Source: Schizochytrium sp. TIO01
Taxonomy: Eukaryota; Protista; Bigyra: Labyrinthulomycetes
DNA length: 64,000 nt
Assembly (NCBI GenBank): GCA_004764695.1
Contig: SMSO01000037.1
Location: forward strand, 1,712,747-1,776,746
Direction of reading: 5' to 3'
The position numbers were made by a program, and so were the translations under genes. Below the pieces are notes generated by a model, which had not been told where the DNA came from, ran no database searches, and saw nothing but the letters and a program-made list of their open reading frames with translations. Positions 32,461 through 48,179 of the stretch are shown here, piece by piece. Every line of letters begins with the position of its first letter. Position 1 is the first letter of the stretch.

Positions 32461-35400
32461 CAGTCAGGTAGTACCTGTCTACGTATGTTGTAGCGGGTTC
32501 TTTCTTTCTTTGGAAATTACCTTTTGCAATTTTTAATAAACATTCCTTTTCGTTTAAAACTCTTTATTAACAAATAAATGATGGATACTAGTCATAAAAT
32601 AGTAATAAAACAAACAGAGAAAAGAGAAAAGAAGATGATATGGGTTGAAAAGCAGAGAAAGGGCTCCAGAAAGGGTTTTCTGCGGAAAGGGTTTTCTGCA
32701 GAAAGGGCTCCGTGAGTTAACAGAATGGCCAGAGTGATGGAACGACGGCCGCGTAGGCGCTGACAATTGCCACCGCTTCCACGGCCGCAGAAGATCGGAC
32801 GACTCTACTCCCTAAAGCCCAACTTACACACAGCACGCAAGGCAGGAAGGAAGGTACCCTCCTTGTGGTTTTCTTGGGTTCTTCCCGTGTTCTGTCATTC
32901 AAGAAGCATTTGAGGTGAAAAGAAGACCTTTAAAACTATGCAGGCGGAGGGAGACGTCGAAACAAAGGTACTCACTCCTACTATGTATCTTCGAGGATGG
33001 AAGCGTGAAGCTCTGTGCTCCTGTCCAAAACTTAGTTGTTTCTGCTTTCTAAACTTATTCAGGAAAGGCGGAGCGCTGGAACTTTGGAAACTATGAGGCG
33101 GAGCGCCTTCCAGCTAACTCAAGAATGACTCAATTCCTTCGTCTGACTAATCGACCAGCACCACTTTGGGCAGTTTTTGCGAAAGTTGCGCTCTTTCGTT
33201 TTAGCTGGACATTTAATTACTGTTTAAAACAAACAAAACAAACAAAACAAACAAAAAAACAAAACAAACAAAACAAACAAAACAAACAGAACAAAACAAA
33301 AAACGCTTACACTCTTCACCGGCTACTACGGTAGGTAGGTAGGTAGGTGCTGACCTAGGGAAGAAAAGAAGGAGGGATTTATTTTTTAATTATGTGTAAA
33401 TATATATGCGAACAAACCCCATTTTTTAAAAATAATAAATATCTCAAGCTCTTTTGAAATACCTCTATAGCTAGCTAGGTATGTATAATTTGAAGAACCC
33501 ATGGAAATCTGTTATTTTACATTTTACTACCCGGCAGAGCAGCAAGATAGGAAGAGAATGGAACGAATGTAAGCTAAGTCTTCTGTGGTCGACTGACTTT
33601 TCTCGCTCCTTACAAGAGCTAATACAGGGCTCTCTAAACTACCATGAGCCGAGCAGAGCTTGGGGGGAGAGCTATCTGCTATCTACCTGGCATGACAATT
33701 CGGTCGTTGTGCGCAGACACAGCACCTCTTTCCAGGCTCATTCATTTTGTAAGTACCACCTAGGTAGTAGATAGATAGAACTGGAAACAACAAAAAGATA
33801 AATCCTTCGAGCTCGACTTTTTGTCTCTCTTGTTTATTCTTGGTTATTCAAAGATTATTATAGTACAGAGCGAGCAACTGGAGAAAAATACTGTTGATCA
33901 GGATGGATACATACATGCATGTCGATCAAAGCGGGAAAAAAAAAACAGATTAAGGAAGGGAAACTGTTGACGTTGAGCTCGACTTCCATTCAGGCACATG
34001 ATGTGACGGGTGGGGACCATCAACAATCAAATGCTACGCTCCATGCACGGACCGCATCTGCAGCGCAGAATGGCGTTTAATCCATGTTTCATTCTTGTTC
34101 GAAACTCAATAAATGCGAAGTATCAGCCCACGCATAAGATCTCTAAAGGTTTCGAGATGTTTTCTTCTGGCTTATAGATTCATAATGAGTTAAAGACTAA
34201 TGATGTTCAATTTTGATTTCAATCCTCTTACTTATGAAGGTCTCATTGGTAGAGCTGTGAAATTAATTGACTGTTATTGTACCTCAAAGTTATGAAGCTA
34301 ACAAATGCTCTCTTAAGTAAGACAGGGCAACCGCACCACTACAGGGGACCGATCTTTGCTTGAGTCGCGTTGCCCGAGCTTTTGAAGGAATAATCAGTGC
34401 GCAAAGAATTGGAGCAAACATTCATTCAATGAATATTCGATAACTGGACACTTGTGCACTTGTGCTGGTGGTAAACAAACAATTTCTGCCCCTTTAAGTT
34501 GTAGGACTCAGTGCTTCTTTTTTGTTTTGCTTTGTTTTGCTTTTTTTAAATAAAAATAAAAATAATTACCAAGGGCGCTCTTTTTCTTTTTTTTTTTTTT
34601 TTTTGGGAGAACAATGTCTCTATGGATTAAATACAATGGCTAACGAACGAAGGTGGATAGATATGTCATATCTCCTTTTGTCCCGCGAGCAATTGTGGCT
34701 TTGTGTAATTTTAGCACGTAAGCAGGACTTACTTTGAGGTTCTTAGCAGCATTTCTAGGAAGCCTCGTCCGTGGAGATCTTTGGAATGAAACCAACTTAC
34801 TCAGCCAATCCTCCAAAACGTTTTCTTTATAAACAGTATGTAGAAGTAAAATAATTCCAATACTGTTAACATAAAAACTACCAATAAAGTTATTTTAAAT
34901 GTAAAATAATATTAAACATTTCGAATGATTTCCTTTATGTTAAAAAAGTATATTTAACTAAGAGAACTAGAATATTTTAATTAAAAACATATTTTGTTTA
35001 AAAAGAATATGTTATATCGTTGAAAAGAAATAATTATTAGTCAAGTGGGCAACCAAACGAAAGATTCATTTATCTTTTAAACAATAATAATGAAATAATA
35101 ATATAATAAATATAAATATGTATTGTATAGATAGAGGAGGGACTTAATTAAAATTACATTGAAAAAAAATTGCTTTATGAAAAGGTACCATGGTACAGTG
35201 AAGCTTGGCAAGCTAAGTCACACTTCCAAGTCGAGAAAAATCAGGAGCTCTTGTTGTCGTGATTCATACCGCAATGCCAGTCTAAAGTTTAATGCCTGGA
35301 AAGTATCAGCCGTTTTCAAGCTGGTTGATTACGCAGTTTTATTTCAATTTCGTGGAATTCCTGCAACCAATAAACGACAATTCGAATCCACCAGACCCAA

Positions 35401-38400
35401 TCGTCAACCTACATTGCAACACAAATCAAAGCATTGCTTTCCACCTCTATAACATATTAGTCAAGAGATGTGTTTACTTACAGAGGTGAAGACGGCACGG
35501 TTCGTTTGATAAATCTAAAATTTGGAAAGCTTAAACCTTCAACTAAATTCGAAACATGTTATCTTCCTATGCTTTTTGCCCAAGGCCAGGTGCGCTGTGA
35601 TCGTCGCCAATTGTAACTTAGACTATTAAAAAGAGAAGGAGCATGCCAACGTTTTTTTTAATTTAATTAAAGCGGGAACACATTCATATATTTTGTATTT
35701 GCACGAGTATAAGAATTTGCAAGAATTGAATCAACACAAAAAAGCCAGAACAAGACACTCAGGAGCTCTTTCAACTCTTCCCGAAATCTCAACTCATAAC
35801 TGTACTTCACCTGGGGCCATTCTTCTGGGGCCATTTATAGATGAGTTTGCACCTCTTACAGGGCTGAGTAAGTATAACCATTGGAAAACACTATCATGTA
35901 TTTTGTTTAGTAAGTTAACCCCCCTCATGTTGAAAAGTGCTTTCCTAACTAAGAAATAACAATTGTTGTGTTCTATCTGTTGCAAAATTTTGATGGCAAT
36001 AGAAGGGATTGATCGGTCTCTGATGGTTAATTTATCGCAGCACCAAACAAATCCATTCTCCGAGACAGTATACTTGTTTGGTTGATTCTGGTACTCTTAA
36101 GGTTGGGTGCAGGTTAAGGAGTTTCGAATTTAGTCCGCGTCAAGGTTCTAAGCTTTTTATCTACGCCTATAATATGCCAGATTGCGACTCACTGCTGTTC
36201 TGTGTTCTTATGTTCTGGCAAATTTATTTCTTTGTCTTAAAGAAGAAAGTAAACCCTATTTCTCAATTACATGGACAGCTTTGCTTCACGCTATTGATGT
36301 AAATACACATACATTCTTAACCTGGCGAATACGCGGGGGGCACACGCGAATGCTAGGACTGACAACGAAAATAAGCATCTGTCAGCAACAAGCTTAATGA
36401 ATATAAACTTTACTTTTTATCTTTAAAGCATCTAGGCACTGTCTCTAGGATCGTTCCAGGAAGATGGTTCGTGAGACGGCCGGTTCAACGTCAATAGAAG
36501 TCATTTTACCCTTTGAAATTAAGTGACTTTTAACACTTTATAAAAAGAAAAGTTAGAACTGAAATTAAATGAAAAAGCACTTTCCATAATTTTATTTTCT
36601 ACTCAGGTAGTTAAGGGGCAAGGATACCTAAAAACCGATGTGTATGAAGTATCTTCCATTAGTCTAAGTATTAGCATGAGTGCAATGTTGCCTTTTTAAA
36701 GTAAGTAAAAGATCAGATAAATTTTAATTGCAAGCTAAGAAGGCTTTTTATTTACTTTTCTTCCTAAAAGAGGAAGAAAGGAAATCATATCATTGTAAGG
36801 CAGTGCATAGGTTAGTAGGAACTACGTAGAACAGTAGTAATACGAAGTACAGGAATATAAAATTTGAAACTGCAGAGTGCGACTGGCTTAGTTCAGTCTT
36901 GGCATTATAGATATTTATGACTTGCAGCTGCAGAGATACTCCATAGGTGCTGATGGTTGGATTTAATACAGGATATTTCAATTCTTTACACGCGCGAGCA
37001 GTTTGTTTTGCAACTCAGATCAGGGAGTGTTGAAAGTTCGCAAAAGACATTCCAGAGTTGAGTGAGTTGCAAAGCATCGTGCCATGATGCGAATGTCGTT
37101 GTCCTGTCGAATTCATAGATGATGTCAACATCGAGTCGTTTTTATTATGCTTGGCACCTACATTTTCTCTCTGAAATAAACAAGTATTTAAAAGTTGAAG
37201 TAGAAGAAAAAAGAGGTGGTATTTCAACTTGCTCTATTTTACTTATTTATGTATTTGATTAGTCGGTCCCCGGCATTGATACATATTTTCTTCATTAAGA
37301 ATGGGCGCACGCCCCAGTTCAAAATTAGGTTTCATTTTTTGAAATAAATGATACGAACCGATGGCTTTAGGCACACTGCATTGCACTTTTTACACTTGTA
37401 AATAATGAAGAACAATTTCTCTATGTGAAAAGAATCGGGCAATCAAAAATAGTATTCTCCAATGTGCTTGATGAACATGCTGCTGTTATAAAATTTAAGA
37501 GATGTGTATTTATTGAGATAATTACTTCCGAAGTAGTTGGTGATACTTATCGTGAATTATGCTGAGGCACCAAATTCACATTATCATAATATACCTTTCA
37601 TTTAAAGGAGTCTCTTATTTTTAGGATATATCGTTGCACTAATTGAATGCTTTAAAAACAAAAAAGGTTATTCAAAAGTGCCTTTGTTATTGTGAAAGTT
37701 GTATCCAAAGGTCTATATCCTGGATCTATTTAAAACTTACAAAACGGACACCTTCTGTAGTAATCTTTTAGAGTTATTACAGGAAGGCTCTTTAGGAAAC
37801 AACAGAAGAGGGATTTTTAACAGTAATAGAATCTATCAGATACCTAGCACCGCTACAGCTGTCAATGAAAAGCATCGTGCCAATTGACTTATAAGTGGTA
37901 AGTAATTTCGAGCTACGTGAAGACTAAATGCAAAATTTATAAATGCTAATGGTTTTGTTTGTATGATATACGAAGAGATTTTCCTGGATTCACTTTACTT
38001 CGAAGATGGAAGTTTGATTTCCGTGTATGATATCTCCATCAGCATTCTCTGTGTTCCTTAAACAGAAAAGGAGACTGTATAAAGAGGCGTAGACTTTTGG
38101 GAGAATAATCAAAGCAACTCTTCTGACCGACCTAGCAGGCTATAAGAAGAAGTTCTTTTTCTTTTTAATGGCATGCCTCAACTCCAAAGGAATCTGTAGA
38201 AGTAAAGACTATCGTATCTTATGCTGGCACTTATTAGCATAGTCAGTCCTTAACGCACGACGGTACAAAGGGACGTTCATAAGTTTATTCTTTCAACGCC
38301 TCCGCAACGGTTGGAGGCCCGGTCCGCCGTCCTTCATTATTTCTTGATTTGTGATACTAAATTGGAAAAAGAATAAACAAAAAGCAGTTTCCAATGGAGC

Positions 38401-38746
38401 CAGCCACTTATAAAGTCCAGGTAGCATTCCTTTTTGTGGAGTCTGCATGCTCGAGAATTCAACCTATCTAATCAAACGTCATTTGCCATCTCTGCAAACC
38501 TTTATCGTCTTCACTCGCTGTGCATGCAAACTTATCTTCCACTGCTTCACAAAAAACCAAAATAAAATAAAAGTTGGTGCAAGCTCATAACCATCAACAA
38601 TCCTTAAAATTCAGCTCTGCATTATCTCGGCAGATTTGCCTTTGCAAAAGCATCGTGGAAGACGCTCTTCCCCAATCTCAACGATTTCCAACCCAGCGGT
38701 GGTCTTTTCTGCTCTGCCGCGTTACTTCCGGATGGATTCTATTCGT

Positions 38747-39618
38747 TCACTCATTCACTCACTCACTCACTCACTCACTCATTCACTCACTCATTCACTC
38801 ATTCATTCATCCATTCATCAAAATTTGTCCTCCATCCACCCATCCATCCATCCGTCCATCCATCCTCCATCCATCGCAAATTATGAAAAGTCTTCGTTGG
38901 CAAACCTTATTCCAGCATAGCACAAGCACGAGGTTGTATGATCGCTGCTTGGTACGTAGCTGCAGACCCCTGCAGACCGGAGATTTAGACGCGCTTCCAC
39001 GCTCGAAGAAAGCACATCACATCACACCACTAGCCAGCCAGCCAGCCAGCCAGCCAGCCACTGGCAACCAGCAAGCCAGCCAGCGCGTGCCCAGAAACGC
39101 AGCTTCATGAAGGCCACGAGGTATGTTCCCATAGGTTGCAGAAGACCGCGCTCAACAGAGCACTCAGCTTAGCTTAGCTTTGCTTTGCTTTGCTTTACTA
39201 AGCTTTGCTTTGCTTAGCTTAGCTTTACCTTAGCTTAGCTTTGCTTAGCTTAGCTTTGCTCTCCTTTGTTTTGCTTTGAGTTGCATTGTTTTGCATTGCT
39301 TGGCCGGAGGATGGGGCTCCTATGCTAAACCTTAGTAGTGTATGCGATTCGGTTCCAATGACGGGAAAGCACAAAAGAAGACAAGTTGGAGTCTCGTTGG
39401 AATTGGATGGCGGCGCGCCGACCTACCTTCCTTTCGACCGCAGAGGAGTCCTGCCATTCATCTGGTTGCGGGCAAATCTCAAGCAAGCGTCCACGCGAAG
39501 AGGGTCCGCAACAGGTCCCACGCTTTGCTTCATGGCAATTGGCAGCTTCATGAGAACAGAGGTGTTGCTTTGCTTTGCTTTGCTTTGCTTTGCTTTGCTT
39601 TGCTTTGCTTTGCTTTGC
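38747..39618. repeat. Cluster of simple repeats: (CACT/CATT/CCAT)n 38747-38875, (AGCC)n 39032-39083, (GCTTA/GCTTT)n 39166-39280, (TTTGC)n 39566-39618
   Basis: Direct reading. Confidence 0.9.
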
Positions 39619-42600
39619 AACTCAAATACTGCAGTTAGTACTTATGACATAGATTATTATTTCCTGTGAGCTGTGCTAGTAAGGAATGGATGGTGCTTGT
39701 TGAATGGGCAAAAGAGACTGCGTATGTTGAGGGTAAGTAAGGATAATTCAATGTATTCCCGACTCGGAGTACCTATGTAGATGTAGGGTTAGAAAAGCCT
39801 TGAGATTGGTGTTTCTTTACATTCATATTTTCTTCTTTTTTTCTTTTTTCGTTCTTAATAGGCTTCTTTACTTCACGGTGTTTGTCAGAAATACCAGGTA
39901 ACTAAGTATGCTAAACATGTTATTTTATTTAATTCATTTATACATATTAATTTTAATTTTTTAATAAAAAATATTTAGGAAAGTGCAGGCCCGGAATAAG
40001 ACAAGACGGCCGATGGGAGAATGAAAGCAAGAACTGCCCAAGCATCGCCTTTAGTTTCCCACATTTGTCAAGCTCTACCTCTGAGATCCCGAAATAGCAA
40101 AAGCCTTGAGACGGCAAGTTTAGGTCATTTTTTAATATTAAAAAATAGACTCTGCTTGTCTTTAGATTCTACAGCCGACATTAATGGAACCTTAAAGTGT
40201 GCTAGTTCCAAGTACATAAGTTGAAAAATCGCGATTGACCAGGGATCATCCACGGCTGCAGAGGAACGAAGTTAAAAATAAAATTTAAAAAATGTTTTAA
40301 ATGTTCCCCCCCCCCCCTCCACCTAAATTAGTACCATCAGTAAAAATATTTATTGACGAAAATTATTATCATAAGAATAAACAGAGAAAAGGTTCACTTC
40401 AGTTAGTTTTTAGTGTTTCAACAGTCTTCACTATTATTATTTTAAATCTATTTTTAAATTAGAAGTCTCTGAAGTCGTTGCTGTGGGAATATGTATATTG
40501 AGTGAGGGCTGTTAAAATGAAGATTAGCATAGCAGAGTCGATATTCTGGTAGGGCATACCCACGATGCGAGGTCACCGTTGAGATACTCGAGCAGCGACA
40601 GATTGCATGGAGATTTTGCCTCTCCTGTCGCGAATAACAAAGCTGATCGTTTCCTCCATAGCTGAGAGTGCAAACGCCGCTGGGTTTAAAGATGAAATAA
40701 GAAGCTACAAACACTTTCACTTACCATAACACGAGCTTAAAACACAATCATGCCACAATCATTTTTCTTCATAAAATGGCAACCGCGACAGATCATATAC
40801 CATTTAACAAAATATACACAAATGCTTGTAATTTGCGCGAAGCGGGATCAGGAATATGGTACTGATCAAACAAATTACAGCCTAGAACAAGTATTGTCTT
40901 GGCTTTAACTAGTGGTCGCGTCTTCAAATTATATAGCAACGACTCTTTTATTCCACTTGATTCACTATCTAACTTTCTGCGGCAAAGAGTACTATTTTTT
41001 GTTTTCTTAAAATAAAGAAGCTCCCTTAACTTGCTGTACTATTATTCTTGTTTAATTCTTTCATCTTTCAATCAAATGGCATCGAGTAAATGCTACATAT
41101 GCTGCGTTGTTCTACACATTCCTCCCGGCTGTAGTTTGGCCCTTTCAGTTACTGATTTGTCATTGTATTTATATTCGTCAGAAAATGACTTGTCTCGGGT
41201 TTCTTCGCTAATTGTGTTCAATTGGTTTGCGCACAGCCACTTGCGCTTAATCGAGAAAGCTGTAATAAAGCATTCCACAGAGACTTGAGTATGCGTTTGC
41301 AAAATCAAACGTATTCCCTATCATTCTACGCTTATATTGTATATATATATATGTTAAAAAAACCAACGAGAAAACTACTGGACGGAGGTTATTTCTTCAA
41401 AAATCGACCAGATACCCAACATAGAAACCGCTTGCCCGTCGTGGAAGAGCTGTCAAACGTGCAGGTGCAAAAGAGGTTTGAAACTTACTCATTAATATGG
41501 GACCGCGAGATTGCTGAGGACATTCATGCGCACTATAAACCAATACGCGGCCTGATCTTATTCGTACAATTTGAAGCCACTGATTGTTTTTCCCTGTGCC
41601 TACCACGTTTGAGAAATTGTTCTCCTTCTTCTTCGTCCTTTCAATCCACCTGGTATAAAGATGAATTTAAACAAGAGATTACAAAATACAACAAAATATA
41701 TTAAAAGCTAGACAAAAATATGCCTTATTTCCTTAGTAGCATTACCCTGAAGCATAGACTTTCTGCTATAGGTACATTCTTAATAAGGTATAAATATCAG
41801 TCTCAATACAAGCTCTTCCCTTTCCGTTCCTTCGGGCAGAGTCCGGTACTAGCTTTTGCACATTCTGTGCTATATACACGATTAGTATGCAGAGTTTTTG
41901 TAATACAGAACTTGTTGCTTTCATCGGGAGACCCGGAATTTACGCTGAGACTTCAGGAATAAAACCCCGGAATGTGTTTGCTCTTATTCCAATTCTCCTT
42001 AAAAACACTTTCCATCGCTCGCTCGTGGTGACCCTGATAGATTTTAATTTTGATAGAGTCTCCTGTTGAAGATAGGTACATGCACGCTTAGAGCACTGCA
42101 CCTTCTCCTCAAGGTAACGCAATACATACACGGTAACACCGCTGACTTCGAATCCATGCGCAAACGCATCGATCGACCAAAGCGTGACCCTGCTCCATCC
42201 ACCTTCACCCGAACTGACTTTATACCCATCCATCAACAACACAAACAACCCCTTGCTCGATCTCAAGCTCCACTGCCTTCTATGTGCCCACCTCCACATT
42301 GTTATTATTTAAGTGGTGAGACTAACTGTCCACCGCAGAACCGAAGAGACGGCCGCAGTGCCTTTCAACTGAGTCGCCAAATGAAAGCCATAAACCTCTA
42401 GAGTGAACAGCACAGAAGCGCGACGGAAGCTGCTCCTCAATCCTTCGAAGAACCACAACATGGCACGAGTGACGCATCAACTCTGATGCCTGGTTGCTGA
42501 TTTTGCACTAGCGAGAGCACCATTATTTATGCAAGCAAGCACTTCCGCCTAAGCGCCGCTAGTGCGCCCCTTAGCGGAGCACGGATAGCCTGAACACTAG

Positions 42601-45600
42601 GCCTCAGAGAACTCTCACTTTAAGTGATGGCAGAGGCTCTCAGGTCCGTTAGGCTTTTCCTAAGCCCACAATTCTAAGGCTAAGTGGTTACGAGAAGTCG
42701 AACTCCAAAACACTTGTTTCCCTTTTAGTTTCATCACTTTTCAATTAAACATTCTTATGCATCTTACTCACAACACGCCTACTCCTACCCACTAGGTTAG
42801 CGCAGAACAAAAGTTCTTCGCGGCAGTCAGTCTGAAGTGTGTGACTACTGTGGGGCCGGGGCGAAAGCTGTGGGTTCAAATGGAAAAGCTTTTTTTTTTT
42901 CTTTCTCTTTTTTTTTTTTTTCAGTCAGTCGGGGCGAGTTAGGTTTTTGCTCTTTTTCTGGAAGCAGATAGCTTTTGGCTCACAGCACCATAGCGACACT
43001 TATGAGAGCTACGTCATATTCGCACGAGAAACCCGAGTCATTAGTAACAAGCTTTAATTTAAATTTAATTTCATTTCTCCTTCAGATAAAATGTTTTCGA
43101 TAGGGATGGACCTCCTACGAACTCACTAAAGTATATGGATAGTTTGTTTTTAACATTTCCTAAAAGGAAGACTTAAATCAAGACTGGGCCTTGTTACGGG
43201 TGTAGTGGTTACGCTAGAAAATTCGATTTTTCTTTCCTCTAGAATAGTTTTTGATAGACAGTTTAAAGAGGACATGGTAAGAAAAGTAATAATAAAGATT
43301 GATGCATTCAGGAATCAATTAAATGCTTTTATTTTTTATTTTCTATTTTAATAGCGAAAGAGTCTTCTAGATGAGTGGCATAGGCGGATTCTTTTTTAGT
43401 GCAGAAATTGATTTGGCATGGCTTGCCGCGCTCATTTGTCGAAGCACGCGCGCGAGATCGCAGGCACACGCTCTGATATCGCCCAAGGCCTCAAACAGCC
43501 ACTTTCTTTTTAACTCACCAGGGAGAAAGGCAGTGTGGAGCAAAGGTGACTCCAGTTTCGGATTAATATTTCTCACGATCGCGAGCCTTGTTTGGTGTAA
43601 ATTGAAGTCTTTTATGGTGATTCGGAAGGGGCGCTTTTTATTGTTGTTGTTGTTGTTTTATTTTGATCTAAGATAGCCTATATTAAGCAGTTATTAGTTG
43701 TATTGTTATAAGTTTAAAAAGAGCTTATTATTGCTATCATCATTATTATACAAGGCAAAAGATAGTAGTGGTATAATATCGCGTGACAATGCGTGGATCA
43801 TCGCTGTCAAGGTACTGTCTTTAAAATAAAGAAAGCGGTTCATGATCATTACTTTGAGAACTTTCATACCTTAATATGCATGATTTTGTGTCATGCTTAC
43901 AGAGAGTTTTATTTGGTTTTGTTCATTGAACATAACGTATCGTAGAATGACTTAAGCATGTGTTGATTGATACAGATATAGATTTGTATCGATTGCTCCC
44001 ATTTTTAAAGGGAAATTAACTATTGTTTTTTACTGAAAACTCGCATGCTAGAAGTATAATCTTACAAGGATGGTCATTTGCATAGTCAGTGTTTTTGAAT
44101 GAAATGACGGGTTGGGCATTTTCTGATACTTGAGTGATGTTCTGTGAGTCCTCTTTCGCTGCTTCTCTCTTGTTCTGCACACCTTTCTTTCCTGTCAACT
44201 CGTTCGATACAGTTACTGCCTAAACGGGATTTAATATTCCTCCCAATTCAAGGATACCAAGCCATGTGCTTGTTCAGACCATCAGAAACCCCCCGACAAC
44301 TGCGATTGGAATTTTCGCCAAGTCCAATTGCGTCTGTGCCTCCCTAATTAGATGGTCTTAAGTTTTTACGCGCGCAAGTCAAATGATTGATGAATGAAGC
44401 GGCCTTTCACTGAGTGGAGTCTTGTGTAGCAAGCAAGCGCTACGTCATGCTTGTGTAGGTGGGCGCCCTATTGTCTGAGATGGATGAAGTAAGTCTGAAC
44501 AGCTCGGGGTGCTTGTCTACCTGGGCATAGCCCGTTTTATTCCAACATTTCGTTGAAACACAGATTGAATCACTGATTTCTGTTACATACCTGCAATCAA
44601 CCGAAAAGTAGTCAAACAATCAACCGAACAACCAAAGATCCAAACAACTAATTTAACATTTCTACAAAAGCAAACAAAAACCGGAACCCCAAGCAAAAAC
44701 CCTGAAGCTGGACAATCAGTGTGATTAAATGAACGTGTGTCTGTATATATGTATATAGCAATAACTAAAGGGAGACTAAAGGGAACACAAGGATCGCCCC
44801 TTCGGAAGAAGGAGAGAAGGCTAGCCAGCTTTTGGAAATGTTTAAAAACATAATTAATTACTTAGTTTTTAAAAATTAATTGTGAATGTGATTATTACTG
44901 TTATTGTTGTTGTTACTATTATTAATTATAAAAGTGAGCGCTTGCTAATGTGCGTGCTCTAGTTGAGATCATGTGTCACTGGGTTTCCAGCACAGACCAG
45001 CTCGTTTTTATTCGCGGCTCAATACGCGCAATTAATTCTTCAACATGTGCTCGCAAAAGGGAAACCAATGGAGAAGTTTGAGGAACCTGAGGACAGCTCT
45101 TGTTTTTTAGGTAGGCACCGAAGTGAAACTTGAAATTGAGCTTGTGCGTGGGTAGGTAGGTAGGGGTAGGTAGGTAGGTACCTACCTCATTTCTACACAC
45201 AATCATAGAAATTCGTTGTGGCTAAAGTGTTGATGAGTTGATGAAGGCAATTTAGATAAGCAAGTTGACGATAATGAGGTGATGCGTACAAAACACACGG
45301 TTCTCATTGGGTCCGGGTGGCGATTTACTAACAAGTCCGACCTCGCTCGATTGTTTGCTTGATTGATCGATCATTGACTGATTATGCAAGCAAAGTAGCG
45401 CTTGAAAACGACATACGCCAACTTCTCCCGAGCCTTTTCTATTCAGCTCCAGCAACTCTTTCTCTCCAATGTGTTGAATGCTTTGATTGTTTAGACTACT
45501 ACTCCTCTTCTCTTTAAGAAGTAATAAGAGCAAAAATAACAATAATAATAATAATGGTATTTTAAAGTAAAATGGAATACCATATTTTGATCAGTAATAT

Positions 45601-48179
45601 AATCAATGACAACTGGCACCGAGACATGTTAATTTCTATATATAGGTTCCCTATCGAGCCAAAGCCGGTGTAGCTTTCATGAAACTTTGTTGTCAAACGA
45701 GCGTTTCTGTTCTTCTACACTCTGATGACCTTGCTTCTTTTACATGAAATTGAAAGAAACTGAATGATCAGAGCGCCTACTTCCAAGCCAGTTGTTTTCG
45801 CGATTAAAGTTTTATTCTTATAGTCTCGTAAAAACAGGCATATAAAATCAAAAAAGATAATTTTAAGATTTCCAATCACCTCCAAACTGGTAAAGAATGT
45901 GAGTTCCAGCGTGCATGAATGAAACGCGGCCAAGTCGCGAAGAAGATTAGCCAAGAAACTGGGAAAGGTGGAGCTCGCTCTAGCTAGGCGTTTCCGGTCG
46001 AAGCCGGCCATGCTGTGGCCATACACCGAATTGCTGCTTTATTTGCAAGGTTACGCTCGCTCGCTAGCAGGCATGCGTGCGTGCGTGCGTGCGTGCGTGT
46101 AAATCTGCAGAAAGATTGAATAAAAAATAACTTCTTCTTGAAGTAAGTTTGCAGTGAATGTTTCGCGCCATAAATGAATGCCATTAGCGACGTTGTTGCT
46201 AAATAAGTTATGCAAGTTATGTAAATTAGTCAGCCGCTGGCGAGCAAGTCGACAGAGTCCTCCTCGCTGGCCAGACGGACCACTCCTGCGGGCCTGTGAT
46301 ACATCAACCCATAAATAAACAAACAAACAAATACCAGGGCGGGCCCACTGGCACCCTCGAGCTCACCAAACCAAACTGGCAAGGTCTCGAGCTTGAGACT
46401 ATGCATGCGGGGTCATTCGAGAGAGATAGCATCTTCGTCGTAGAACGAACTTGCGAAGTATTTTTGCGTGCACAGCAGAGTCCTTCTAGCCGGTTATGCC
46501 GTTGCTCGAGATGGCAAGCAAACAATCAATCAAGCAAGCAAGCAAGCAAGCAAAGTCAGTAGATAGATGGTCAGTTAGTTAGTTATCGATTGCGCCAGAG
46601 AGAGCCCTCGCGTTGGCCACCGTTGGAAGGAGAACAGGCTTTGGCGCATGCCTGTACTTGCTGAGAACCTGTGTCGAATCATAAAAGGACAGTCTGGACC
46701 TTGTGATGAACCAAACAAATGAACTCACTCACTCACTCACTCACTCACGCACGCACGCACGCACGCACGCACATGAAAGAAACACTTGGATTAAGAGCAG
46801 TCGTCTCTGCATTTGATAGAGACAATGAGCGGCAAATGGATGAATTGGATAGAATTAAAAAAGAGGGGAAATGTGGCCTCCGAGGGAAGGCGACTCTTGG
46901 AAATGATTTATTCATCGTCAGAAGATGATGTGGCAACGTCACGTGAGAGGACGCGAGTTGTTCACAGAGTAGTTCAACTTTTGGAGGCACTCAACACTCT
47001 GTTTCGCAATATACCAAAATGCACTTCTCCGTCGGAATAGCCAATCGAACTAACAAACCTCTCGCTTGCAAATGGGGAGCAGCGAAAGAACGCGATGCCT
47101 GTTTTGACTTATGCATTATTCTTGTTTCATGCAAAATGACTGATTTTCTGAGTGATTACTGTGAAATGACTTCAAGTTGAAAACAGGCCCTGCAGAAATC
47201 ACTCTGAGCCGGAGAAGACCACCAACCAAAGCCAGCGAAATGCATCCTAGTTGAGCAGAAGGGACCTACACGCGAAGTTGACAGCGTCCAGGAATGCCCA
47301 GATTGCTGGAAACACTTCTGTAAAGCAAAGCAAAGCTTGTCTAAGAAAGAACAAAGCCAATCCTTTGATACCGACAACAGTAGCAGTTGAAATTAACAAA
47401 ACGATCCACTTAGTTCTTCCTCTCCTTTTAATGAAAAACAAAATGTTATTATTTCTTCTTAATCTACTATTTTTTGTATGCACTAATGATAGGATCATAC
47501 ACAGTTATATTTTCTAAAAGAAAGCAAACCGATCATGATGAAGAATAAGAATGAATAAATGAAAAGAAAAAAGGAGCATGTACTACCATGGTAGGTACCT
47601 ACTTAGGAGTGGAGGGTCCTGAAGAAATTCTGATTTTGGGAACTTGCGTTGTAGTAGTACTTCGGTTGCTAGTGATTAGTCGGACCGTGTTACCTACCTG
47701 GACAAACCCCCGCTCACCACTTTGTCAGCGGCGTTCTTCGGAAGATCAGTCAGTCCGGGAAGCAGACAATGCACCATTTGTTCAGATTGTTGGGTTTGGA
47801 GTTTGTCCCTACCTACGGTTCCCTGGATCTACTTTGCTTGTTTGCTTTACTTCGTAAAAACTATAGGTGAACTACAATCTCGCTAGCTAGTTTTATTAGT
47901 AGGGGCAAAGTTGTTGATGTTTTCTTTCTTTTCTATTTCTTTCTATTCTTTTCTTTAATTCTATTTTATTTCATTTCGTTATTGTTTATTGGTTAAATTT
48001 TTAAATAAATACTTTTAAAATTATTGGTTTTTGAAAAAACGAATCAATAGGCAGGCTACTGCTTACTCGTAATAGGGAAAGAGGAGCAGGACGGATCGAT
48101 GGTGCTTCCTAGTCGCTCACTCTTTATGACTCCACGACGATGGAGGATGAATTGATTTTAGTGGTATGTCAGTGGTGCC

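Noticed and set aside
43185-43245. tRNA-like GGTGTAGTGGTTA followed by TTCGA
   Set aside because: No anticodon arm, no proper T stem or acceptor stem, and no B-box consensus.
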